Assembly (NCBI GenBank): GCA_000934665.2
Contig: JYFJ02001535.1
Coordinates: forward strand, 1-64,000
Source of the DNA: Catajapyx aquilonaris
Taxonomy: Eukaryota
Direction of reading: 5' to 3'
DNA: 64,000 nt
Position numbers and translations under genes: made by a program. Each line of letters begins with the position of its first letter. The stretch's first letter is position 1. A model generated the notes under the pieces. That model had not been told where the DNA came from. It did no database searches and worked only from the letters and a program-made list of their open reading frames with translations. Of this stretch, positions 48,906 to 60,800 are shown piece after piece.

Positions 48906-51900
48906 TGCCCTGGTCTTCTCCTCAAACCCCCTCAATCTTTCATCCCTTTCTCGACGCATCATCTCATACTGTTTCTCTATCAGCTTTTGGTACATCTCTT
49001 CATCAATGGCCTTGCGACATATCTTGCGAAGCTCTTCCTGGAATGACTCACTCGTCTCCAAAAATTTGCGCTTCTTTGCTTCAAACTTCTCTTCAATCTG
49101 CTGGAGTTCGGCTTCCAGCTTTTTCTGCGGCAAAAATGCACCGTTACTTTGCTCAAACGTACAACAAAACTGCAGCTGCAGACTCTTAAGTAACAGGAGT
49201 CATTCTGGCTTTAACAAGAAAGTAAGAATATTGACCAGTAAATGGATCAATAGTGAAAAAAGGTGCAATTTCAATTGCAAAAAAAATAAATGTAAATGTC
49301 CTTTAAAGAATTTTTTTAAAATAAATTAAAGTAGTTATTACCTCTGGTGTTCCCACAAAAATAACGGCTGGGATCATAGACTTATATTTCACATTTTTTT
49401 ATAAATTATAAAAATGCTGTATCTACAGCTATATGCACCCAGTTAAGAATACAGGGTCTACTTGACCTTGACGAACTAAGTGTGGCACAGGGCGTACAAC
49501 CAAACCAAGTGGCTAGCACAGTTTGCAACATAAAGGTAAGTAATACTTCAAATCGCTTCAAATGCAATGAAACAAGAAATGCGGAAATTCAGAGTGTACT
49601 GGAGACCTATCCGTATGCTTACATCTGACAATAAGTAGTGTACAGCTATGAGTGCATTAGAAACATGGTATAGAACTATAGATGGTCTAAAACATTCAAA
49701 TAGGTCATTAAAATCATGTCCTTGAACATCTGACCCCACCTAGGGACGCCTGTGGACGGGTAGTGTCCACGGACATGACATCCACGGACGTGACAAACTC
49801 TCTGTTTATTCCACATAAAATGTGATAAGTTTAGGTTACAAACTTTTAGTTCAAATGAATAAGCTCTTTGTACCTAATAGCACACGTACTTGAGCAAAAA
49901 TTGAAATTTGAACTGCTTACCTACATTTACCAGGTGCCACAGACGTGACGCATTGATCTCGACACTTTACTAAATCTGAGAAACACTCTAAACTCTGAAG
50001 TAATTGAAATTGACAACTTACTGAAACAAATCAAAATGCTACAAAGTAGAAGATCTATGCAAGTGAATAACATGTTAAGCAATGAGTTTTAAAGAGCGCC
50101 TGACCTGGTGCATTGTAAGAGATTGCACTTGTCTCTTCAAGACCTGCATTCTGGCAGTGGTGACCACTGACCGAACATCTGGGACAATGGTGTCTGAGAA
50201 TATCTCGTTTATCAGGCGGTGATTGCGAATGTAGCGGGCATGTGCCACGTGCTTGAATGTGAAGCCATCATCTTGATCTTAAAATAAGAAAGCATTCTTT
50301 CTGGGTAAAATTGTTCACACAAATAAAGCAATGACAGCTAGTAGCTGCTAGTTCACCTAGCATGTGACCACAAATATTATTTACCATCTTCATCCTCGGC
50401 TGGTTGGATGTCAATTCGTCTATCAGCTGCTTTTGCAGCTCCTGGAGTCCTGTCCAGTACTTCTCTTTCCTCGGCTGCTTGCTGGGCTGAGGCACAAAAA
50501 GGTGCGTGTTTATAACAATTCTCAAGATGTAAATCCAAAGCCATGCACTTGCTATGCTTGAGCAGAAACTTACCTCGACTCTTTGCAGCAATATATGCTT
50601 GATAAGCAGGAGAACTGTGATATTGCTTCAAAGCTTTCTCATATTCTAGCTGCAAAGAGGAGGGAGAAGGAAGAGAAGTAGTTAGAAAAATATGCAAGCA
50701 GAATAATCAACAGCCACATGTAAGTTGTAAAGGAGAGAAGAGTGTTCCGGGCCAAGCCTGCACTATACATCTTCATGCATCATTCATGTCATCTTTCTGG
50801 CCAGGCATTGTTACCTTTTGCTTTGGCTGCTACCCACGACTGATACGCTGGTGAACTGTGATATGTTTTCACCAAATCATTATAATCGGCCTGCAAATGG
50901 TTAATTTTACTATTGGTAATACACTGCAATAATACATAAATACGTTTTATGCATGAATCCATGGAGACCAGGGAGCTAGGCTTAAATTGTGGCGTGTTCA
51001 CTGGATTCAGGAATTTGGAGTAATAATGTGCAAGGGCATATATATCCTGTTTTTTTCCACTAGTTCCTGCAACCTCTACTTCTATCCATGTAATCTATTT
51101 CCCCATCTATCCTTGTAATTCCGATCAGTGACAGAGAATATGTTTGAAATGCAATAATTGTCTTAGGATGACAGATTATATCCCCAGTAACATGCAAAAA
51201 CAATGTTCAGTGAACATCACTTCTCTCCATTGCTATTGCCTTCTTAATTTTCAGGTCTCATTTCTTGACATGTGCACAAAACGTTCATGGGCTGATCATT
51301 ATTTACTGAATGGAACTTGTTACCTGGTGTCATGCAGGTCCACTGTCACACATTCACTTGACAGTTTAAGAATATATGGACTTCATGGAATGTTCACTGG
51401 ACATTGTGCTACTAAGGATGGGATACAAAGTTCTCTGACTCTCACCTTCTCAGTCTCGTACTCATCGACATATTCCTGCTTGTCTGCATCAGGCAGGTCC
51501 CTCCACATCTGGCCTATGATCTTTCCAATCTCCCATAGTTTTAGATCCGGATTCTGGGCTTTCACTTGATCCCACACCTTGCGGCTGTATCGCATGTATG
51601 GCATCAAAGGCTTCTCAGGAGCCTTAGGGGGCTTCGGGATGCGTGTGTCTCCCTACAATCAAATATCATTAAAGATGCGCACCCCAACTGAATCATAAAA
51701 TCTACTTACGCCAGCTCCCTTGCTGCCCAATTTCTGAGGGTTGAATTGTGGATGGCTGTGAGAAGTGGTGACGAAAGGACTCTGATTTGCTGATGAGTCT
51801 TTCTGAAATTTTGGCAGAAAATATCATTAATGAAGTGGTTCACATTTCCTCCCTATTGCATTTGTGCAAATATAAGACTTACCGATCCAGAGGTAGAACT

Positions 51901-52845
51901 AGATCCCGTGGAAGCCCGCAAGCGCTCTGAAAATCCAAAAATCAATTACAATGATGCCATTTCAGTACACTTTATAAGTGGTCAATTCAGCAGTAAATAT
52001 CAAACCTAATGAGCCATGCTTAAATGTTAGTTGGTCATAAAATGCAATCATGCACACTAACAAGTAGTAGAAAATGTGAAAACACTACTTAAAACACACA
52101 GCAATATTGTCTTACCTTATCGTCTTTAGTACAAAAAAGAAAGTGTACCTCAGTGCATAGAGATGCACAAAATGAAGAAGAAAAATGATGAAACATGTTA
52201 TTGGGTTGGATTTTCCACACTTCTGATTTAGAGTTAGTTGCATAGAAAACATTAATTCTCTTCCTTACCTTTGAGAATGTTGAATGTCATAGGAGCTGGG
52301 GCTGACATTAGTGCTAAACACAGGAATGAAAAAAAGCCATGACATAACAAACGGCGGCCAATGAGAGTTGAAAAAGTAAAACGTAATAAATCAACAAAAA
52401 CATATTCTTAAGCATAAAGTGCTTTTCTCTTTGGTGGACCAAAATTAACTGAAGCACATGAGCAATAAAAAGACTTCTGTCAGGCCAAAACATTTGATGT
52501 ACACTCCTTTAAATCTGTAACACATGGCTGATTTGCAACTGGTTCCAGTTCATGGGAAACACTTTTTGATAACGTAGAGAAGAAGAGATGAGGAAAGGAA
52601 TGAAGCAAATAATATATTCCAACAGGACAACCAAACAAAAGTGTTTCAAATGCTCGCAAAATAAAGAATGCAGTCTCTATCCAAAAGTTACCCTACCATG
52701 CAGCATTCAAGATGTACGAGAGAGAGCAACATATATATAAAAAAAAGAGGATTTGTTTTGCAAAAGACATGGTGTACTAACGGTTTCCCAGGCCTCCTCC
52801 TGGTGCCGTGCTGGCAATTTGCCTGTAGTTTGGTGGAAGAGCCAT
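47737..52845 (-). CDS. SMARCE1: BAP111/dalao (SMARCE1/BAF57) SWI/SNF subunit, 680 aa
   Basis: Exons 52782-52845, 52269-52313, 51883-51926, 51710-51802, 51446-51652, [50815-50890 or 50574-50649], 50385-50486, 50105-50277, 48696-49124, 47917-48601, 47737-47861 sum to 2043 nt. [11 protein letters not shown] start, HMG box ([19 protein letters not shown]), NHRLI motif, coiled coil, Q/P-rich tail. Confidence 0.92.
48820..48905 (-). repeat. CAG/CAA polyglutamine tract in BAP111
   Basis: Encodes Q14-H-Q11-E-QQQ in the ORF translation. Confidence 0.9.
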
Positions 52846-53034
52846 TGCTGGGACCTGGGTTGCTTCAGCTCAAGATTCCAAAATATGACCTGAAAAATGC
52901 AATTGCCAAGTCCATAAGAGTCATTCCAGTTATCAAATTGACACCTACATTATTTATGACCAATGCACCTATACAACAAAGATTTTAAAAAACATGCATG
53001 ACTGTTTACATCATTGCAGAATGCTAGAAATTAA

Positions 53035-53550
53035 CCCTTGACTACGTAGGTGAAACCTCAGCGGCTCCAACAGTATATTTAAATCTCTGCTTATCAGCTC
53101 AATTGTTACATTGGACTTGTCACATAGAGAAAGTGCAGTTCAGATAATTAGGCTTCTGAAAACGTAAAAATCACACGCTGAGTCAGCATATTCAGAAAAA
53201 ATTCCTAACGAGGAGCAGGTGCCACCTTGGACCAGATCAGGCTCCACCTACGTAGTAAAGGGTGCTGTCGTTTTCCCTATCTCCGTGGAGAGCGTCTGAA
53301 TAGGGAAAACCAGAGCACCCTTTACTACGTAGGTGGAGCCTGAGCGGCTCCAAGGTGGGACCTGTTCCTCGTAACGAATTTTTTTCAGCCAAAGAATGGT
53401 GACTAAAAATTTTATTTTCTTCTTTTCATGCTTAGGAAGGTTTTTGTGACACAGTCACAGAAGGACAGGGCGAAACAACATTTAATTAAAAAGTTACATG
53501 CGTTTAAATAGTGGCTGGAGCCTCTCAGGCTCCACCTATGTAGTTAAGGG
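53035..53550. mobile_element. piggyBac-like MITE, copy 2 (in BAP111 intron 1)
   Basis: TTAA|CCCTTGACTACGTAGG ... CCTATGTAGTTAAGGG|TTAA, with intact TTAA duplication. Confidence 0.9.
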
Positions 53551-54389
53551 TTAACTGTTAAGCATGGAAAGTGACTGGCCTATTTTGCTCCAGGCACCGA
53601 GATTTTCACAAGAAACTAGCTGTGCATAATCATATGAATTTGAAAAGTGAAAATGTTGCAAAAAAATCAGTCAACTGCAATATTTGTCAAAATACTGCAA
53701 TTTTCCAATAATTTTGTTGCTTCAAGTGGCTGCAGGTGTTATATGAAATGTAAATTTTGATCAGAATTTTTAGCTATTAGCAGTTCGTACATATGTTTAA
53801 TTGAATAATTAATTATCCCGTGAGAGTCTGGTAGCCTTTATGGGGGTTGCTTTTAAATGATCCATCTCTACTTAATCACTGCCCTGCCAATGGATTCTGA
53901 CAGTGGGAAGACATGAGCATGGAGCAAAGCCATCAAAGCTCTTTCAATGAGAACTGCCGGTGGACAAGTAGCCTAAATAAAAATGTGCGAATACCCAGTC
54001 AATGGCAGGGCGTGGCAGGTTGAGAACACTTGGTTCCAAACAAGCACCAGTTCATAATTAACCTAATTAGATAATTACATGCAAATTAAAAGATATTCGC
54101 GTAAATAGGGCTCACCCATCTACCCAAAAGAGAACGAAGCCCAAACGGCAGGGGAGCCAACAGAGAGGCAGCCGGGAAGGGAGGGGACTTGATCAATAAA
54201 GGACGATTTCACTGGTATTAATTAGAGGAAAGGAATAATTTCTGGAGACTTTCACATTCGCCCTAATTCAGTAATGTTGACTAATAATTAATAATTGAAT
54301 TGTGCAAAGCCGTGTAAAGCGAGGTGGTATTCGCATATTGGCAATGGTGTATGATAAGAAAGGAGGGTTACATGTTCCATTTCATTAAA

Positions 54390-54690
54390 TCTGGACCAAT
54401 CAGAGAGGGCAATCCTAAAGTCGTACCCAATTGCAGAGTCGCATGACTTCACACGCATGCGCCTTTAATATAGCGCTTGCCGATGTAAACAAAGCCGGCG
54501 TCCTTCGCACCACCTCCGCAAAATCTGGCAAATATTTCACGCCATTATAATACCCAGTGCAATTAAATAAATGCGATTAAATTTTAACACAATGTCCGAC
54601 CCCGTCCACAAGCCTTCCTGTGACGTAACCCCTCCTGGTTCATCTTTTGACCAGCGTAGTGCACGAAACCGACGGCCGCCATTTTGGAAA
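54390..54690. promoter_or_regulatory. Bidirectional promoter between BAP111 and the SCAF4/8-like gene
   Basis: CCAAT boxes (~54397, ~54427), NRF1/Ewg-like ACGCATGCGC (54453-54462) and YY1-like GCCGCCATTTTG (54675-54686) between head-to-head genes. Confidence 0.5.
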
Positions 54691-54829
54691 AAAAGGAAAC
54701 GGTGATGGCGTATCTCCTGCGCCCGTTCCTCTAGCCCCCATCCCTTCAATCCCGTCTCCTTTGGTGCCCACAGGGCGGCCCCCACCCTTCCGAAGGCGCC
54801 CCGGCCCACGGGCGAGTGAGCAGCCAGCC

Positions 54830-57800
54830 ATGGACGCCGTGAAATCATTCAATTCGGAGGTAACCACACTCTTTTTTTGTTCATGTTTTGATGGAGAATT
54901 AATTTTCGCGTTTTGTTCCCCAGTTGTCTTCGCTGTACGAGGTGAAGCCTCCCATCTCCAAGGCGAAGATGACGGCCATCACCAAAGCTGCCATCAAGGG
55001 GATCAAGTTCTACAAGCATGTTGTACAGAGCGTTGAAAAATTTATACAAAAGGTGAGGCCCGTGGATCGTGTGCTGCGTAGTGGAGTCGCCTGATTCCAT
55101 CAGTGGGATGCTTACACTTGACACTTGTGTGTCAGGATGCTGTCAGTATAGATTGGCTTGCATGAGGTTTGAATGCATGTGGCTGGATTCACAAGTGGCC
55201 ATGTGTAGGAAATGCAGTACTGATATGAGAATCTGGCACCTGGGGCTGGATTTGTACAGAACGTGTCAAAATTGTTTCATGGCGCAAAGTTGTTATGAAT
55301 TTAAGAGATTGAAAAAAATTATACATAAGAGTAGGCTCGTGGATTGTATGGAGAGTAGTGAAGGGTATTGCTGCCCTTCGGGATGTTCAAGTGGTCCAAG
55401 TGCTCCCAAAAGTATCAAAATTGCTTTTATTAGCAAGCTATGGGCTGAAAGAAATCTTTAAAACATCTTGTTGATGGGCGCAATGGCTTGGAGGCTTAGA
55501 CTGGAATGTGTAAAATTTAATAGCTAGTGTTAATTGCTGACCAAATAGTAAGAATGACATACAGGCTGTCACGTAAAACTGTAGTGCTAGATAAAATCTG
55601 GCCGTAGTGTTTGCAAGACAAGTTCTGTTCTTAAATTATTAAACCATTTTCTTCAGCAGTGCTATTTGCTTGCTTTGGGAAGAACACTCATTAGGTTGAT
55701 TGCTAATTTGCATTTTTTTTGCAGTGCAAGACGGAGTACAAGATACCTGGATTGTATGTGATTGACTCCATAGTCAGGCAGTCACGCCACCAGTTTGGTG
55801 CAGACAAGGACGTCTTTGCCCCAAGATTTACCAAGAATATTCAGGCAACTTTTGCCCACCTGTTCAAGTGCCCTCCTGAGGATAAGGTTGGCTGTAATAT
55901 GACGATCCCATTTGACGTTTGTTTTGACTTGTGCTTTTTCATTTCAGAGCAAAGTGATCCGAGTCCTGAACTTGTGGCAGAAGAACAATGTGTTTCCTCC
56001 TGAGATCATCCAGCCATTGTTTGACTTGGCTGATCCAAATCACCCAATTTACAATGAGGTAAACAACCAAGTGGCTTCAGTGAAGGCACCCGACAAAGGG
56101 TATCTAGAAGTGCCGGGAGTTGGGTGGAGTACGCCTAACCAGGTACAGTGGAACCTGAGAGTCACTCTTAGCCTCATACTGGATTTTGCGAGCTTTTACA
56201 AGAGGTGAAGAGAAGTTTCAGTGTTGGTGACCTGTAGGGAAAATGAAAAGGAGTTGTGATTTAATCTGCATTGGAAGCCCAGCTATTGGGTTGGTTCATT
56301 GGGATATGGGAGGTTCCACTGTATTGTCATTTTCTTATGTTGTACAAATTTTGCTTGCATGTTCTTTCTTTCAATTAGATCTCACTACAATCCAATGCAT
56401 GATTAGTTTCACTGCCTTTTTTGTGTGCTTAACTTGGCATAATGGAAGAGAATTATGTCAGATTATTATGTTGTTGCTAGTGGAAATTACAAAATCTTAT
56501 AACTGCATATCTTTTCATTGTAATAATCCCATATTCAGCACAGCTTTAGGAACTTTGTGTGTCTGCCAAAGATTTACCAGAAATCAGGATCTCATTATGT
56601 TACGTAACAAGTTATAACTTTCTGCAAGTGAATATTAAAATATTTAGTTTTTATTTTCAGTTTCTTTTCCATTTTCCCCCACTAACTACTAATATGCAAT
56701 AGGCATTGTTTATTGCATTTGTATTTGTGATTCGCTCAGTTTCTGTTCACCACCTGTACTGCATTTTGATCCTAGATTTAAGCATCCTGATAATTTCTTT
56801 CTGTACCTTTGTAGTCTTTGTACTTTGTTCTTTGTTGGCTGGCAATGTCAGCTAAAGTTGCCCAGTATTGTTTGGTATTGTTAGACATTTATTATTTTTA
56901 TCTTTTAAAATTGAGAGACTGTAATAGAAATGTGAAGTTCAGTGTCTGATATTAGGTTGTCCACATGATTCATTAGCAGAGCCAAGTAACTTCAACCCCT
57001 GGTGCATCAGGTAGTGTAGAACCCAGCCTTATACAACAGCTGCAACAGTTGCAGCAGATCTTCCTACAGCAGCAACAGCAGCAGCAGCAACAACAACAAC
57101 AGCAACAGCAACCGTCTGTGCAAGGAACTCAATCACAACTGCAACTGCAAATGCAACAACTAGCCTCACAGCAATTGGATCACAAATCTGAAGAGGTACG
57201 GTGCCGGAAGAAACCACTCTGAAGTGGGGAGGTTCTTTACCAAATAGCACTTATCGATTCTATAGTAATTTCTTAGCTCTATAACTGTATGTTCATGTTT
57301 GTTAAATGATTACTTTTGAAGCATGGTGCAATGTATTTCATTCACTTTACACAGACTCTTGTGCACCTGTACTAATGCACAATTTTCCAGGTCAAGTTCA
57401 ATAAGAAGCTGCTGGAATTTGACTATGGGGAAGAAGAGGATGAAGATCACATGATGGGTGATGGTCCTTCCTCTTCATCAATTGCCAATAACTCTGGAAT
57501 GGGGGGTGGGGGTGGGGGTGGAGCTGGTCAAAACCTGGATGCCCTGAACCACCTTCTGGCCAACCCGGAGATCATGCAGCACCTGCACTCTCTACAGGAG
57601 CAGATGGCGCAACAGCAGCACCAGGCCAAGCAGGCTCATGAGATGGAGGAGAAGATGAGGAAGCTGCAGGAACTCAAGCAGCAGGAGGAGGAGTTTGACA
57701 AGCACCTTGCTCAAACAGTTGCTGTGAGTTTGGGGGTGGGAAGGATAACAAGATCTCCCTTCAGCTCTGTGCTGTGTGGATAATTGTTAATAGTGCAACC

Positions 57801-60800
57801 TTAAACTTCAGTTACTTTGCAAGTGCATGCTCAGGTGAATTTTATAGTGAATACTGTAGTATAATATTATTAGTTACCAATGTGGTTAAATGGGAAGTCG
57901 AACTGGGGTACCAGGTGAAGAGGCTTTTTGGCTTGTATTAATTTGGAAGGGACATGTACTATATCGCTCAAAACGATGGAGACACATTTGCATTTGTCTT
58001 CAATGGAAAATCGTCTCCCATCTTTTTGAGCGATAGAGTACCTCTCATGTTGGGTTATAGAAATTGACATGCTGGTGCTTACAAGGCCCATGTAAATTGG
58101 CTGTTCAATTTGGAGAGTAGACTTAATGGGATTTACATGGAACTTGTTGGAGCTTTAGACCCAGTCCTTCTCCCATCATTATGCTTGTGACTGTATATTA
58201 GTATGAAATTGATCATAATAATGGACATAGGAACTTTCCAGGAGGAAACACTTCATTGACTGTTATTTTTATTAGCATCGTGGTGTTTGAGATTTTTTCC
58301 TCTTTATTGACAGTATTAATTTAAATAAATGCCTTATGCCAGCTTGGTTGCATGAAGGAATTTGCTAAGTAGTGCTAGATTTTCTTGCTATTTTGTTTTA
58401 TTTGGAGGCCTTTCAGTTTTGCTCCACTTTTGATTTGGCTTATGCTTTGTGCTGTTTTCTGGTTTTTTTTCGTGCTTGGTGACAGGCTACTCCTTTGCTG
58501 CACTCAACAGTTCTCTACCACATGAACCTGCCGGTTAAGGTACAGTGTTAAGCCATTAGTATCTGACCATAAATTATGAAATCTTGTTGAAATTAATTCC
58601 TTGCCCAAGTTCAGTTTCATCTAATTCGCAAAATTTGTTGCAAATGCATTCACCCTCAGAATAGTACTTAGGTCACATTGGTCAACCACGTCAGTTAACA
58701 ATATTAACTTAACAGTGCCATTAAAAATTTCAGGATTGCAATGTCAGTATTGCTTCATGGCTGAATGCATTACAGCATCCAATTTTCAATTTGGGTTAGC
58801 ACATGTGAAAACAAAGGGCACCATACATGACAATCTCATACTCCATATAACTGGGACATAATATTTGACCTTGTAAAGAATACATGGGACAAGGAGGAGA
58901 AGCACGGGATGCTTTGTAATCATCTCAGATGTCTCAATTACATTCACATTAAATACCTACATACATATTGCCATGTCATTCTAACTGTTATTTGCATGCT
59001 AGTATTTCAGTGTGAAGTGTGTAACTGATTTTTTGTCTCCCGTCCCTAGAAACTACCTTTTGCCTCAGAATGTGAGCTGAAGCCTTCAGATATCAAAGTT
59101 CCGCCGCAGCCAACTCCATTTGATCACACAGCAGACTTTGACCAACGTTCTCTAGCTTTTTCACTGCCTATGGTGGATATGACACAGCCACCACCAGGAT
59201 TTTCCCTCCATCTCCAGATGGCACAGGGAGCTCACAATGCGGATGTTTATGAGATTGATGAAGGGAGATCTATGGACGGGGTCAATCTGGATAGAAACCG
59301 GTGAGAAAATATAATTAAAAGCCTCTTTAGTAACCTACTGGAGAGCTGCGTGTAGTTTAGACTAATGGATCAGTGGGAGATACTTTGCTTTTTAAGCGTT
59401 TACTACGAGCAGTTACTGCAGTATTTAATTTTAATTTGTACATGACAGAGATTTAAGTACAGTAAAAGTAATAATACTTTCCAACCATTCTGGGATTTGA
59501 CATCTCGCTCAAGTTAAATCACTTTGGGTCTTACATGAATGTATTTAGTAATTATGACAGTTATTTGCACTTTCCGAGCGGTCAGTTGCACTTCTCACTT
59601 CCAGGCACTTCTTTTTTGTCACTGACTACATTTGTTGGAAAAATTATCAAGATGGTTTGTGTTGTTGCATGAAAGCAGTGCTTTTGAAGCCTACTGTTCT
59701 GAAGAGGGCTAAGAATTTCTGTGATCGTGTATTCCAGGGTGCACGGTGAGCCAGAAGTGATTGAGATAAAGGAGGACAGGAGCCGTAGCCGCAGCCGTTC
59801 CAGGAGTCGCAGCCGAAGCAGAAGTCGGCGTCATCGCCGCAGCCGTTCCAGATCTCGTGACAGGGGACGTCGCGGTGGAGGGACAAGTGGGCGCAGGTCC
59901 CGAAGCCATTCTCCTCGGTCCTCATCCCGTCGGAACTCCCGTCGTTCTCGTTCTCAAGATAAGGAGCGAGAGAGGCAAAAAGAAAAGGAGAGGGAGGAGA
60001 GGGAGAAGGAACGAGAGAAAGAAAGGGAGCGGCGCAAGCGAGGGTTGCCACCAATCAAGAAGGAGCAATTAAGTGTGTGCAGCACCACCCTGTGGGTGGG
60101 GCACTTGTCCAAGTTGGTTCACCAGGAAGAGCTGTCTGACTGCTTCGGAGAGTATGGAGACATTGTGTCCATTGATCTTATTCCGCCTCGAGGTTGTGCC
60201 TTCATTTGCATGAACAGGAGGCAGGATGCACACAGGGCCTTACAGAAGCTCAAGAATCACCGACTCCAAGGAAAGGCAATCACTGTAAGGAACTCTCATT
60301 CAGGAAATATCATTCATAAATATTTGAGCGCATTATTGACAATCTGAGTTTTAAAATTTAATACTGGGAGGGCATGACATACATACTGTCAAGGAAAATT
60401 TACTTCTCTCTAAAATTCGTGACTGGTTTTCAGCTGGCCTGGGCCCCTGGTAAAGGAGTCAAAGGGAAGGACTGGAAAGACTACTGGGAAGTGGATCTTG
60501 GAGTGTCTTATATTCCATGGAGTAAACTTACCACTGAGACAGACTTGGATGCCTTTGAGGATGGAGGGATGGTTGATGAGGAGACTGTTCCGGAATACTT
60601 GGCCAGTGAGTGCATCCTCCTTTGTAACACAGAATGATGACACTGTGTGGCAAATGAAAAAGTAGGGGAAAGGCTGCCGTCGTGGGGTAAACACAGTCCA
60701 TATTCACCAGCTTGCGGTAGTAGAACATGCAGCATTCTGACAATAATTATCCTACTCTAAATTCAAGTAGAAGCTTAGGGAATTAGTACCTTGCTGCAAG

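Noticed and set aside
48062..49189. Long plus-strand ORFs over BAP111 (and minus-strand ORFs at 63398-63952)
   Set aside because: Antisense shadows of low-complexity P/Q/G-rich coding exons.
60630..60740. Possible intronic C/D snoRNA (ATGATGA ... CTGA)
   Set aside because: No canonical terminal stem outside the boxes and no rRNA complementarity I could recognise.
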